From Squalus acanthias (lineage: Eukaryota): a stretch of DNA of 64,000 nucleotides. Position numbers and translations under genes: made by a program. This document shows positions 52,201-64,000 of the stretch, piece after piece. The number at the start of each line of letters is the position of its first letter. Positions within the stretch are counted from its first letter, which is position 1. The notes under the pieces were generated by a model that worked only from the letters and a program-made list of their open reading frames with translations, was not told where the DNA came from and ran no database searches. The stretch covers positions 14,012,001 to 14,076,000 of the forward strand of contig CM059449.1 of NCBI GenBank assembly GCA_030390025.1, given 5' to 3'.

Positions 52201-55200
52201 TAAGGTTGCGCCCCCTTGTTCTGGACATTTCCAAGATTAGATATCCTTTAACTGAATTCTTATAAAATTAACATATACATGTTTGATGTGTGTCTTTTGT
52301 CACTTTAGAACACAACTTTGTGTTTTGAAACGAAAAAAAAATTAACTGTGGTCCAAATAGGATTTTGGCACCCAAAACAAGCATTAAGACCTGCCCAAGA
52401 TAGAATCACAGAATCTTACAGTGCAGTAGGAGGCCATTTGGCCCATCGTGCCTGGGCCAGCTCTTTGGTCGAGCTATCCAATTAGTCCCATTCCTCTGCT
52501 CTTTCCCATAGCCCTTCAAATTTGTCCTTTTCAAGTATTTATCCAATTCCCTTTTGAAAGGTACTATTGAATCTGCTTCCACCGCCCTTTCAGGCAATGC
52601 ATTCCAGATCATAATAGTAAAAAAACCTCTCCTCATCTCGCCATTTCCCTTCTCCCTGCAAGCTTTGTATTTTTTCTCCTTAAGTTCCCTTTTAATTCTC
52701 TCGTTGACAGTATATTTTTCCCTCTGTTGCACTGATGCTTATACCTGTCCTACATTTCCTCACATTGTTTCTGAAGGATTTCCATTTGTCATCCACTGAT
52801 TTAATATTGTCCGGTGTTCTCTAGACTTGGTTATTCAGGTCAGATATCATATTTCTATAGTTTGTCCAGCGATCTGATTCCATATCTATGAAGGGTTTTG
52901 CTAGAGTAAATAAGGAGAAACTGTTTCCACTGGCGGAAGGGTCGGTAACCAGAGGACACAAATTTAAGATAATTGGCAAAAGAACCAGAGGATGAGTGGT
53001 GTACAAAATGACACCGAAGTAGATCAACAAGATTGGTGGTGCCAAAAGAAAACTGGAAAGTTATAGGGTAACAGATGCAAAACCAAATGCAAAAAAATGT
53101 GTTCCAATACTACGGTGTTAAGAGAGAGTCGCCAGAGAGAAGAGTCAAGCCCTAAGTGAGCTAAACCGAATTAAGCATGAAGATAAATAGTTAGCATGCT
53201 AGATGAGTGCTTCTTTGAGGTTTTCACAAGGAAGCAAACGTACCAACTAAGATCAAATAGTTCACGTATGCTCTAGGACTTTGATATTAAGTGAAGCGGA
53301 AGACTTAAGATGACGAAAATGGATGAATCCTCCGCGATGCATGAACGATACCTCGTGGTACTTGGAGAGACTGAGATTTGTGAAACACTGATGGCCCCTT
53401 TGAGGGACCCAGGTCAGTTAGACAAGACTGGAGACAAGCAATTAGAATCATCGAATCATACAGCACAGAAGGAGGCCATTTGGCCCATCGTGCCTGTGCC
53501 GGCTCTTTGAAAGAGCTATCCAATTAGTCCCATTCCTGTACTCTTTCCCCATAGCCCTGCAAAATCTTCCTTTTCAAGTATACAACCAATTCCCTTTTGA
53601 AAGTTACTATGGAGTCTGCTTCCACCACCCTTTCAGCATGTGCATTCCAGTGGAAACAGTTTCTCCCTATGTATTCTATCAAAACCCTTCATAATTTTGA
53701 ACACCTCTATTGAATCTCCCCTTTACCTCCTCTGCTCTAAGGAGAAAAATCCCAACTTCTCTAGTCTCTCCATTTAACTGTAGTCCCTCACCACTGGTAC
53801 CCATAATAGTAAATCTCTTCTGCACTCTTAGGGATGGGCAATAAATGCTGGCCTTGCCAGTGACGCCCACGTCCCAAGAACGAATTTAAAAAAAAAAACC
53901 CTCTCCAAGGCCTTGACATCCTTCCTAAAGTGTGGTGCCCAGGATTGGACACAATGGGCCAGAAATTCGGGTCTCCACGGGTGAGCACGCGCTGTGTACT
54001 CACCCGTAGGCCCAATGAAAGTGCCGGTTTCGCGCATGCACTGCGCATGAGCTGGAAACCGGAACTTCCGTTCCCTTGAAGGAAGGGGTTCGGAGGTCAA
54101 ACGCATGCGCCGGAGAGGCAGCACGTAGACCTGGAACTTCGGCTTTTTTTTTTTTTTTTTTTACAGGTTTCTCCGTGCGGGTAAGTCCCCAGCAGCTGCG
54201 CAGGGAAAAAGCAGGCGCAAGGCCTGCTTTTAACAAGGTAAGTGGTAAATTAAGTAAAATTAAAACATTTTTTCCACAGGTTTATTATTTTTAAATACTT
54301 TAAAGAAATGTAAGTTTATTTTTAGCCCCGTTAAAAACTGTAATTAAGTTTTTCAAAAATTTAAATTATTGTTTAAACTAGTTATTTTATGTAATTTATA
54401 GTTATTTTAAAAATGTGATTATTTTTTTTAATTTATTTGAAGTTTTAGTTAGGTTTTGGGGCCGATCTCTATTCATAGATTTGACAGGTCTTCCTGTCAA
54501 ATCTATGAATGGAGATTCCCTGATCCGATTGGCTCCCCATGGCCCACGTGATCCCAGGGGACGCTTCGAACTAACTGCGCCCCTGGGATACACGAGCACT
54601 GCACACCGGCAGCTGGAGGAGGCCCAGGATCGGAATCCCACGCGGGCCCAGAGCACAACGGCAGGCGCGCTATGTAAGTGCAGGTTGGGGGCTTGCACCC
54701 GCGGGAAGCCTCCGACCCGAATTTCTGGGCCAATACTCCAGCTGAGGCCGAACCAGTGGTTTGTAAATGTTTACCATTTATAATTAATAAAATAACTTCT
54801 GACCGTTACGAGTGGCCCTCTTGAATATTACTTAGTGGCCTTGCTGACTATTACTCAAGGACCCTGCTGACCATTTCCCATTGAACCTGCTGAAAGGACC
54901 TCTGGTGCAATCCTTCCTCAGTCGTATCCCTTCCCCTTTGAGCACCAGCATGTGACTCAGGTGAACAGATTAATGCTGTGATTCTTATTCATGTGCAGGA
55001 TTAGCTCGAACATCAAATGGGCACGAGGTTGAGGTATGGGGTGGGGGTTGCCTAGCAGCTGGCGTTGGACTGTATGATAGCCTGAATCGCTGGTTGCATG
55101 AGAGAGGGGAAGAAAAACGGAAATGAAGAAAATTTGTCAGACATCTCATTTGTTCTGGAGATGCAGGTGATGCTGGCAAGGCTGCATTTATTGACACGAT

Positions 55201-58200
55201 ACACTGGCTGAGACCTAACCAGTGATTTATAAAGGTTCAGCATTTTGTCCTTGTTTTTATATTCTGTGCCTCTACTTGTAAAGCCAAGGATCACGTATGC
55301 TATTTAACAGCTCAATCAGCTTCTCCTGCCGCCTCAGAATTTTGTGTATGTGAGCAGCCCCCCGCCTTCCCCCCCGGTCTCTCTGCTCCTGCACCCCCTT
55401 TAAAATTGTACCATTTTGTTTGTATTAAATATAGCTCCTATATTCAAAAAGGGTGACAGAGCCATGCATCATAATTACAGAGTCATTCGCCTGAACTCAA
55501 TGATTGGCAAACGAGCTGAATCAATAATCAGCAACACGATGGAAGATTAAAAAACTGACGGGGAGGGAAGCCATATCATGTTGCATATCTTGACTTCAAA
55601 AGGTCCTTCATAATGTATGGCACGGAGGACTCCTTTCTACGTTATGGTGGGTGTAAACCAAGGGTAAGACATGGGCGTGCCTAAGGGAACTGAACTGAGC
55701 ATAATCCTAAGAGACACTCGGTCGCAACTGAGGAAAGTACTGAGTGGTGCGACAGGGACCCCTCTTATCTTTGGTATTCATACACGACCTAGCCTCAATG
55801 CAAAGTAGTTGCTTCAGAGATGACACCAAGCTCGGGGGGGGATGGTGGTGGGGGGAGGGGGGGGTGGGGTAGCGGGGGCTGAGTTTGAAGGGGGCATCGC
55901 GTGTGTTCAGAGAAGACAGCCAAAATATTATGGCGAGAGCTGGAGAGCGCTGATCAGTGGCAAGATAAGTTCAGTAAATATTAGTGCAAGGCATATTGCA
56001 AGTAAAAGTAGGAGGCCCATTGACTTTAAAAGTGGAATATCATAGAATCATAGAAGATAGGAGCAGGAGTAGGCCATTCGGCCCCTCTAGCCTGCTCCGC
56101 CATTCAATGCGATCATGGCTGATCATCTAAATTCAGTACCCTGTCCCTGCTTTCTCCCCATATTCCTTGATCCCTTTAGCCTTAAGAAATATATCCAACT
56201 CCTTCTTGAATATATTTAATGAATTGGCCTCTATTGCCTTCTGTGGCAGAGAATTCCACAGGTTCACCACTCTCTGGGTGAAGAAATTCCTCCTCATTTC
56301 TGTCCTAAATGGCTTACCCCTTATCCTTAGACTGTGACCCCTGGTTCTGGACTCCCCAACCATCGGGAACATCCTTCCTGCATCTAGTTTGTCCTGTTCT
56401 GTCAGAATTTTATAAGTTTCAATGAGATCCCCTCTCATTCTTCTAAACTCCAGTGAGTACAAGCCCAATCGACCCAATCTCTCTTCATACGTCATTCCTG
56501 CCATCCCAGGTATCAGCCTTGTGAATCTTCGCTGAACTCCCTCCATGGCAAGAACATCCTTCCTCAGATAAGGTGACCAAAACTGCACACAGTACTCAAG
56601 GTGTGGTCTCACCAAGGCCCTGTACAACTGCAGCAAGACATCCTTGTTCCTGTACTCAAACCCTCTCATAGAACTTCTCATGGGGTGAATTGAAAGAGAA
56701 AGAGTGCTAGGACACTTGACGCACTTCAGCAATAACGAGATGCTGAAGACATTAAAATTGGTGTTCCGAGATGATGAGCTCGAATGGGCCAAAGGGGCTT
56801 CTTCATTCAAACCGATTTGTGACCATATGAATTCCCTTTTGCAATTTGGAAATCAGTTACCTGTTGACTTTTCAGTGATGTACGCAACAAACTGTCTATG
56901 GAAGAAGAAAACACATTGTTAGCAATTAGATTCAGCAAAGAGGCTACAGGGCGAGTTCAATGCAGGTAGGATACAGGGACAAGGGAAAACGAGTGGGACG
57001 GTGCAGATTAGGAGGAACGAGAGGGGTAATGTAAATGAAAGCAATATATCAACTTACCTCTGAAGAGCAATGCAAGCTGCAAAAAAAAGAACAAAACACA
57101 TTAGATGATTATATCTGAATCCGGGATGATGATTTCGTCTGCAGTTTCAAACCCTGATAAGTTATAGCTATGGCTTTTCGATGGAAGTTTAATTTGCCAA
57201 AATGTGTGGCATGCAACAAAATAATCAGTAATAGATATGAAAATGTCATATACTGGCAAACATGCCAGTGTCCTAAAGAATGACTCTTGCACCAGTCTTC
57301 ATACTTTCGAATTTGAGGCTGAAACATTTATTATTAATAACCCATTCCACCTATATAGACATCTTAGAACCCACCCCAACCCCCACCCCACAGCTGATTG
57401 GATCCTAGATGAACAGCAAAGCAACAGGGCCCCTCCTGCCAACTCAAGCGCCCACATGGGTAACGCGTTGCCCAAACCTCGCTGACATATACTGGAGGTA
57501 TTTCGCTTCTGCACGCGCCGCCCCACCTCCATTTTTTTTCTGCCCATTAAAGTGTCAAGCACTATTTCCTACCCAAAGTGTCCTCTAGTCAAGGACTTGG
57601 TGGTCGCTGACAACTAACAGAGCTACCACAATGAACATAACTATACCATTCTACGTGTAGGTATCTGCAAGCACCATCTAATATAGTGCAACCCAAGAAA
57701 ATAGGCAAACATGGCTCAATTCAATGAACTAAACTTCCTAACCCATTCCCTGAGTGATTACCACTTTTTAACGTTCCCTTGACTTGGTTACCACTACCTA
57801 AAATTGGCGATGGATAGCAAAACTCATCATAATCTTAAACGTGTTTGGGAATGATCTTTGATACTTTATACCTGAACTCATGATCATGTATATCTTGTCA
57901 CTGCTCATAATAAATTCTTTCTATTCATTCTTGGAATGTGAGTGTCACTGGCAAGGCCAGAATTTATTGCCCATCCCTAGTTGCCCTGGAGATGGTGGTC
58001 GGCCATCTGCATGAACCGCTGCAGTCCGTGTGGTGAAGGTACTCCCACAGTGCTGTTAGGGAGGGAGTTCCAGGATTTTGGCCCAGCGACGATGAAGGAA
58101 CGGCAATATATATGTGAGACTTAGAGGGGACCCTGGAGGTGGGGGTGTTCCCATGCGCCTGCTGCCCTTGTCCTTCTAGGTGGTGGAGGTCACGGGTTTG

Positions 58201-60767
58201 GGAGGTGCTGCCGTAGAAGCCTTGGCGAGTTGCTGCAGTGCATCTTGTAGATGGTACACACTGCAGCCACAGTGCGCCGGTGGTGGAGGGAGTGGACACC
58301 ATTGAACATGATTTTTTCAAGGTCATTTTAGTCACTGTTGAGGTTCGGCAAGCAATGAAAAATGTAATAATATATAATAATAAATAGCTTCTATGCTTTT
58401 ATTGAGAGATCCAGGTCATGACACCACTACCGTTGAAAAAGGTGTGTGGGGGGGGAGCGAGGGGGTTAAATAACGAAATAAAGTTATGAAAGACAGGAGA
58501 TTGCAGACGGAAAGGAAGACTAAATGAGCTAGAGTCCATTGGTTTTGAAGTCCTCAGAAATAAAACAAGTTAGAATAGGACAAGGTAGAAGAAAACTTCA
58601 TTTGAAAGCTGTGAGGCTGCCGAGAGGATGAAAGGCGTGCATTGAAAGTGGGACAGTCGAGCAATCGCCACAGTAGTAGCAGTAATAATAGATTAAATAT
58701 ATCAAAGTACCTTTCTTTCGTTGAGTAAGACGTACGGACACTATAATTAGTGAAATGCAAAGCACTGCTGTCACTCCGGCCGACACTGCAATGAATATGA
58801 TGTTGATGGAACCGCACTGAACACTTTGAGAAGCACCTAAAATGATAATCGGAAGAAAAGTCAGACAAGCATCTGTGCCTGGGCAAATGAATATCTGTTC
58901 TTTCTGTGCACTTGCCATAATAATGATAGCCGGGGGGGGGCGGGGAGGGGGGGCTGTAAGTGGGTCTTTCTTGGTGTATTTCTGCTGATTTACTACAGCA
59001 CATTCTAACAGAGACACATACGGACACATAGAAACATTTTCACACAAACACACTCACTCACACGCACTATCGCACACAGACACCCATACAGACACACACA
59101 ATCAAAATTAACGCAATGTTCTTACGTGTTACGATAATGACCGTCCCTCCACCTCTTGTTAGCGTGCCCACATTATTCATTTGGCAATAATAAGTTCCAG
59201 AATCACATTCTGTAAGGTTCTTGATCCGCAGGGATGTTATCTTCCCATCTTGCGTCCCAGAATTTCCGAGGCGTTTAATATGTACTCTTCCGCCGTACAT
59301 TGGATTGCTTTCTGATATGTCCAGGTCATATTTTAGCCATGTGCATATTTTAGGTCCAGTGAAATCAACGGTGCAATTCATCGTCACAGTCTGGCCTTCA
59401 ACCAGCTTCTGGAAAACAGGTACCTGCTTTATAGGGTCTTTTTTTGAGTGAACTCCTGTTAGAAACAAAGCACATTAAAGCTTCCAGTAAGTCAGCACTC
59501 GTTACGCCGCTTCCATATATTAATTATCATCACTTTTTTTCTTTATTTAACACGTCTCCTTTCATGTTTCTTCCCTTAACCTTCCTCTCCTGAAGGTACC
59601 GAGTCAAACTGGAGTCCGGTATCTATGGCCCCGGCAGCTCTCCCTCTCCGTGCCCGACACCGGTTTCGCTCTTGGTGTTTTTGGACGAGACTGCTGGTTT
59701 TCAAATGTTGTATTTATTTTTTTGGTGGGGCGGGTACAGTGGGGGAGCGGTCCTGAAACTTGAAACGTACACCTGGACACTCCCGTTATAACTTCAACCT
59801 CTCTGTTGGGCAGTAGAGCAAACACGGGGCAGTCTCACATCAGCCGCCCATTGCCCGATATTGAGCCCCACTGACCCATGCAATACCGCGCGATTCGCGC
59901 TGCTTCTGATGACCTCCCAGCCTCAGTGCAATTTGCGAACCCCAGTTTGATTTTTTTCCCCCCCATTTATTCTCGGGCTGTGGGCGTCGCTGGCAAGGCC
60001 GGCATTTATTGCCCATCCCTGGTTGCCCCGTGAGAAGGTGGTGGTGGCCAAATCCTCTTGAACCAATCTTTGTACTTGGACAGTAAGGGTGGGCAAACAC
60101 CGTTGAGTTTCACAATCTGGTCCCTTATACTCGCGCCCACATTTCCGAGGGAATAAAGCACAATCGCATAAGTGATTTCCCCTCCCTTGGCCCAGAGAGG
60201 AAGAACATAAGAAATAGGAGCAGGAGTCGGCCATTTTGGCCCCTTCGAGCCTGCTCCGCCATTCAACAAGATCATGGCTGATCTTCTACCTCATCTCCAC
60301 TTTCCCGCACTATCCCCATATCCCTTGATTCCCTTAATATTCAAAAATCTATCGATCTCTTCTTGAATATACTCAACTACTGAGCCTCCACAGCCCTCTG
60401 GGGTAGAGGTTAATCATAGTACCAACTTGCACCCGACTGGGACCCACCAACAGAGCGGACCATTGACTCAACCTGGGACACTCCTGCTCGGTAATACTCA
60501 TTACCAAAGCACGTGTATCCAACGAGCCTTTCAATGGGGTGTTTGGGACTCTGTTAACAAGTTATCATTTCCCCCTGCTTTTCCTAAGGATTACATATGC
60601 GATTGCAAACCTTTATGTAGCTCAGTTCGGAATATGCCATCCATCGCATGTCTCTTTCCATCCAATTAACAGATATCTTTGAATACAAGCACTGGCTTAC
60701 CTGTGGTAAAGAGACACGACATTAGAATAAAGGCAGGGGTCGAACACAACTTCATTGTCATTTCCAT
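45479..60767 (-). CDS. Divergent NCR3-like/IgSF single-V receptor (gene 2; exons 60701-60767, 59126-59455, 58711-58836, 57058-57076, 56861-56895, 49307-49341 and/or 48700-48737, 45479-45604; ~245 aa)
   Basis: Leader, V, TM and 19-nt exon with the same phases as gene 1; 3' exon usage is ambiguous; an assembly gap lies in the last intron. Confidence 0.7.
45772..46255. repeat. (GATA/GACA)n microsatellite spanning an assembly gap (N 45904-46163)
   Basis: Directly visible. Confidence 0.95.
46760..48230 (+). mobile_element. Two adjacent CR1 3' fragments; the second (47528-48230) ends in an expanded (TTCTTATG)n tail
   Basis: ORF translations; octamer tandem repeat 48165-48230. Confidence 0.85.
48700..49341 (-). 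CDS. Gene 2 candidate micro-exons 49307-49341 (35 nt) and 48700-48737 (38 nt)
   Basis: ttccaatag|...AAG|gtaagc and ttctgtcag|...AAT|gtgagt; open in compatible frames. Confidence 0.55.
48850..49040. mobile_element. Short fold-back MITE (older family; related copies ~13410-13575, ~38755-38933, ~44965-45140, ~62020-62155, and ~10826-11640 split by CR1)
   Basis: Imperfect inverted termini GGGG(G)..AAATT..., central CCATTGACTTCAATGG-like palindrome. Confidence 0.55.
50681..50884 (+). mobile_element. Penelope-like inverted terminal repeat insertion in CR1; hammerhead at 50760-50796
   Basis: ~80-bp inverted repeat centred near 50762; CATCACATTTAAAAA duplicated at both junctions. Confidence 0.75.
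53956..54731. mobile_element. Harbinger-type MITE family A-related, copy 3, inserted in a CR1 fragment
   Basis: TIR GGGCCAGAAATTCGGG...CCCGAATTTCTGGGCC; TSD AAT splitting CR1 GGACACAAT|ACTCCAG. Confidence 0.8.
56861..57076 (-). CDS. Gene 2 micro-exons 57058-57076 (ACIALQ, 19 nt) and 56861-56895 (RQFVAYITEKST, 35 nt)
   Basis: Strong poly-T acceptors and gtaagt/gtaact donors; same size and phase as the gene 1 19-nt exon, also followed by a short intron. Confidence 0.75.
58711..58836 (-). CDS. Gene 2 stalk/TM exon (R)ASQSVQCGSINIIFIAVSAGVTAVLCISLIIVSVRLTQRKK
   Basis: cattttag| acceptor, AAA G|gtactt donor, 126 nt phase 1-1, uncharged TM then RL..RKK stop-transfer. Confidence 0.85.
59126..59455 (-). 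CDS. Gene 2 IgV (VJ-type) exon
   Basis: tttctaacag| acceptor, ACA C|gtaaga donor; TMNC...CTW...GRV...SLRIKNL..DSGTYYC...GGGTVIIV. Confidence 0.92.
60701..60767 (-). CDS. Gene 2 leader exon MEMTMKLCSTPAFILMSCLFTT
   Basis: Signal-peptide-like; ACA G|gtaagc phase-1 donor. Confidence 0.8.
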
Positions 60768-62464
60768 GCAGTAGTCTATTCACAGTAAAGGCAGACTCCT
60801 GAGATCTGGTCATACAACCAACCTGAGCGATCGTGTAAGATATCGCACGAAGGGTCGGCTAGGTCTAGATCAGGAAACAGCTGACAGGATATGCGAAAGG
60901 GACCAAAACGTTTTTGCCAACAGGACATGGGTTTCAAGGTTAAAAATAACAAGCAAAGCGTTACTTCTGCTACAGCTTCTTCTAAATTGGTGGGTTTTAT
61001 TTAGTCAATTTTTGTCTGTTTTCACTCCTGTGAAGCGCCCTGGGATGTTTTGCCAGGCTAAAGGTGCGATCTAAAAGCAAGCTGTTGCTGTTGGCACATC
61101 TCCTTCACCGTCACAGTTTTAAGAAGCAAAATAATCCAATCACCGGCTTCCGTGTTGCCTTGCATTCTGGCATAGTTCACTGCATCTACCCCGCTTGCGT
61201 CGACAGGAAACTGTCAATCAATTGCTGGGCTTGAGGCAAAACTCTTCAAATATCAATTTTCCTACAATTTAAAAAAGGATGCTAGTGTAACGACCAAGCC
61301 TTAGTCCCACGAAATAAGATACACTCCCGTGGCCCATTGTATTCTAACATTCTAGCCGCATACTTATTGATTGCAAATTATTTGACGGTCATAAGGATTT
61401 GGCAGAACTGGTCCCCAACCGCGAGAATATACAAAGTAAGCATAATGAAGGAAGGGAACACAAAGTGCGATCCTTGTTTGCACCGGGCAAGATGCAAGTG
61501 TGCGCTGACATTCAACGAAAGTGCCAATCATTTAAATAGGCGTGTTTTTCTGCACCTTCAGCTCAGTATAGTGCAGGCGTTGGTTCTGGCTGAATGGGTA
61601 AGTTTCAGCTTTGTACACCCAGTGTCGGTATCCCAGATCAGATATAGCATGCTTACATACGAAGTAATGCTTTCCCTATTTCTCCACATTTGGAGGGGGC
61701 AATTTTCGGGAAACATAAGAACATAAGAAATAGGAGCAGGAGTCGGCCATACGGCCCCTCGAGCCTGCTCCGCCATTCAATAAGATCATGGCTGATCTTC
61801 TACCTCAACCCCACTTTCCTGCACTACCCCCATATCCCTTGATTCACTTAATATTCAAAAATCTATGGATCTCTGTCTTGGATATACTCAACGACTGAGC
61901 CTCTGGGGTAGAGAATTCCAAAGATTCACCACCCTCTGAGTGAAGAAATTTCTCCTCATCTCAGTCCTAAATGGCCGACCCCTTATTCCGAGACTGTGAC
62001 CCCTGGTTCTAGACTCCCCAAACTGACAGGATATGAGTGCAAGTTACACCCCGCCAGATTTTCCATTCTGTTGAAGTCAATTCAGGGTAATATTTGGTGG
62101 CATCAGCTTTCCATCCTCTCCCCTGGGTTACTCAACCCGCCAGTTGGGGTTAAAAATGTGTCTTTGCCTCAATCTCAGAAGGAGCAGTCCCCAACTCCAC
62201 GGTGACATTTTTCTACTTTCCACACTTCCCTTGAGATTGACAATGGCCCGTAATGTGCGGTCAGCGGCGAAGCAAAAGCGCTCACCGCTGGCCCCGAAGT
62301 AAGCCTCCCACAAAGATCTCGCGATCACTGCGACGAGAAGCTCATTTGATATTTTATCCTTACATATGATATTTTGAGTGAGAAACCTAAAGGAAGGGTT
62401 AAAGCCCATCAGTATCGAAAAGAATAGGCGGCAGAATGAGATAAATTAATAGTGATCATGTAGT

Positions 62465-62891
62465 GGGGCAACACGGTGGCATAGTGGTTAGCACTGCTGC
62501 CTCACAGCGCCAGGGACCCGGGTTCGAATCTGACCTCGGGTGACTGTGTGGAGTTTGCACATTCTCCCCGTGTCTGCGTGGGTTTTCTCCGGGTGCTCCG
62601 GTTTCCTCCCACAGTCCAAAAATGTGCGGGTTAGGTTGATTTGGCTATGATAAATTGACCCTTAGTGTTAGGGGGGGATTAAATATGTGGGGATAGGATG
62701 GGATATGTTAGGGGGAATTAAATACGTGGGGTTACGGGGGTAGGGTGGGATATGTGTACTGTGGGGATTAAAGCAGGGACAGGGTACTGGACTTGGATGA
62801 TCAGCCATGATCATATTGAATGGTGGAGCAGGCTCGACGGGCCGAATGGCCTACTCCTGCTCCTAGATTCTATGTTTCTATGTTTCTATGT
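62465..62891 (+). mobile_element. HE1-type V-SINE, full length (tRNA head, V domain, CR1-derived tail)
   Basis: A box TGGCATAGTGG, B box GGTTCGAATC, V-domain GTGTGGAGTTTGCACATTCTCCCCGTG...GGTTTCCTCCCACAGTCC, tail (TATGTTTC)n. Confidence 0.85.
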
Positions 62892-63467
62892 AAAGCAAAG
62901 CTTGGGGTTTTAAGAGTTTTGAGGTCCCAGGAATAAGAACAGGGTAAGTGTGGGGTGGGGGGAGTTAGTGACAATGGAAAATAATGTCCAAGACAATGAT
63001 TGCAATTATGCAATGGAAAGAATGGATAAGGGGAAAGAGAGCGAGAGAGAGAGACAGAGAGTAAAGCAGAGTCTGCCAATTTCTCTAAGACAATGGAGCA
63101 CTCTTATAGAACTTAACATTATCTGATTGTTAGATCCTTAAAGTGTAGCATTTTACTGTCCACTTTGTCATGTATGGACTAAAAGGCTGTGGGTGCAAAA
63201 GTATAACCTGAAGTGCCCGTTCTTTTGGGTGCTACGAGTGCCCCTAGAGGTCCAACATGGTGTCCGCGGCATGCACACATACTTCTGGTGTGAGTCGCGC
63301 TGGAGACCATATTGGTGAGGGCGTTAGTGCACGCAGTGAGCATCTGCCGGAAGCATGCAGAGTAGCCAGATCATGACATCAACGCTCCAGCTAATGCCCT
63401 CTCTTAAGCTTGCACAGTTGAACATGCGTTCAGCGGCAGGAAGAACCCTGCTCCCCCCCCGCCCCCC

Positions 63468-63501
<34 letters not shown>

Positions 63502-63701
63502 AGTGCTATTTAACAGGATCATTAACTACTTTTACCTTAGCTGCTGATTGATTTCTACTGGCTGTTGCTATCATTGTACAAGTGTTTGGTGCTTTCAAGA
63601 GCTATTTAAAGTTGCTAAAGTCAACAGGAAGTGGTGTGGCAGGTGCTGAAGGACTTTTGTCCTGACTTCAAGGCGGTTGCACAAACCAGTCGCTCCCAGA
63701 C

Positions 63702-64000
63702 ATGGGTGCAGTAGTAGGCCTTCCCCTTGGAAGACAGCACGGCATGATTAGGAGAATGAGCAGAGGTGACACAGAGCACGGCAAACTGCTAGAAGAGGGA
63801 GGAGGAGAAGGGCTCTCAGCAGCAGGCCATATCGGCCCAGGGTGTTCAGGGAGCAATTCTCCCACCAGAACCTCAGCGAGGAACAGGTAGGACGTCCTCA
63901 CTGAAATCTGCCACCTGCTGCAGCCGCAACTGAAACCCAAGAGCAGGGCGAGGACCGCATTGCCAGTGGCTGTGATGGTGACCGTGGCCATGAACTTTGA
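63702..64000 (+). mobile_element. Degenerate Harbinger (HARBI1-like) transposase N-terminus, truncated by window end
   Basis: RPYRPRVFREQFSHQNLSEEQ /frameshift/ VLTEICHLLQPQLKPKSRARTALPVAVMVTVAMNF resembles the Harbinger/HARBI1 segment preceding the YASGSFQ-type motif. Confidence 0.7.

Larger units (their letters stand above)
49384..56668. mobile_element. Cluster of CR1 fragments in gene 2 intron (~49384-50262 -, ~50385-51043 +, ~51518-51886 +, ~51900-52235 -, ~52400-52640 -, ~53443-53955 -, ~56040-56668 -)
   Basis: Repeated CR1 RT C-terminal translations and 3' tails. Confidence 0.8.

Noticed and set aside
54985-55135. Additional gene 2 exon behind a strong minus-strand pyrimidine tract
   Set aside because: No convincing donor; phase-compatible readings give uninformative short peptides; lies among repeat fragments.
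59067-59125. Hydrophobic run-on 'NIALILIVCVCMGVCVR' after the gene 2 V domain as a TM
   Set aside because: It lies past a strong C|gtaaga donor and derives from (TG)n-rich intron; the real TM exon is 58711-58836.
62465-62540. tRNA gene
   Set aside because: The tRNA-like A/B boxes continue into SINE V domain and CR1 tail; it is a SINE head.

Overview
Eukaryotic, repeat-dense genomic DNA from a cartilaginous fish (elasmobranch). The assignment rests on HE1-type V-SINEs, Deu-domain SINEs, and abundant CR1, L2 and Penelope remnants. Almost all long ORFs in the track are transposon fragments. Hidden among them, by manual splicing, are two multi-exon genes for single-Ig-V-domain type I membrane receptors arranged tail-to-tail. 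Gene 1 (+, 10476-21491, 7 exons, ~241 aa) has a V domain that aligns well by eye with NKp30/NCR3 and an Arg at the start of the TM segment. Unlike mammalian NKp30, it has a long tail with NPIY/YADL, LHYTKV and VEYATI tyrosine motifs (ITIM-type). Gene 2 (-, 60767-45479) is a divergent paralogue with the same exon phases (including a 19-nt exon), extra cysteines, an uncharged TM, ambiguous or alternative cytoplasmic micro-exons, and a basic, EYEHV-containing last exon. Also present are two related PIF/Harbinger-type MITE families (one nested in the other) carrying splice donors and covarying hairpins, a Harbinger transposase remnant, Penelope ends with minimal hammerhead ribozymes, and one 260-N assembly gap. 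All gene models come from splice-site reading and need transcript confirmation.
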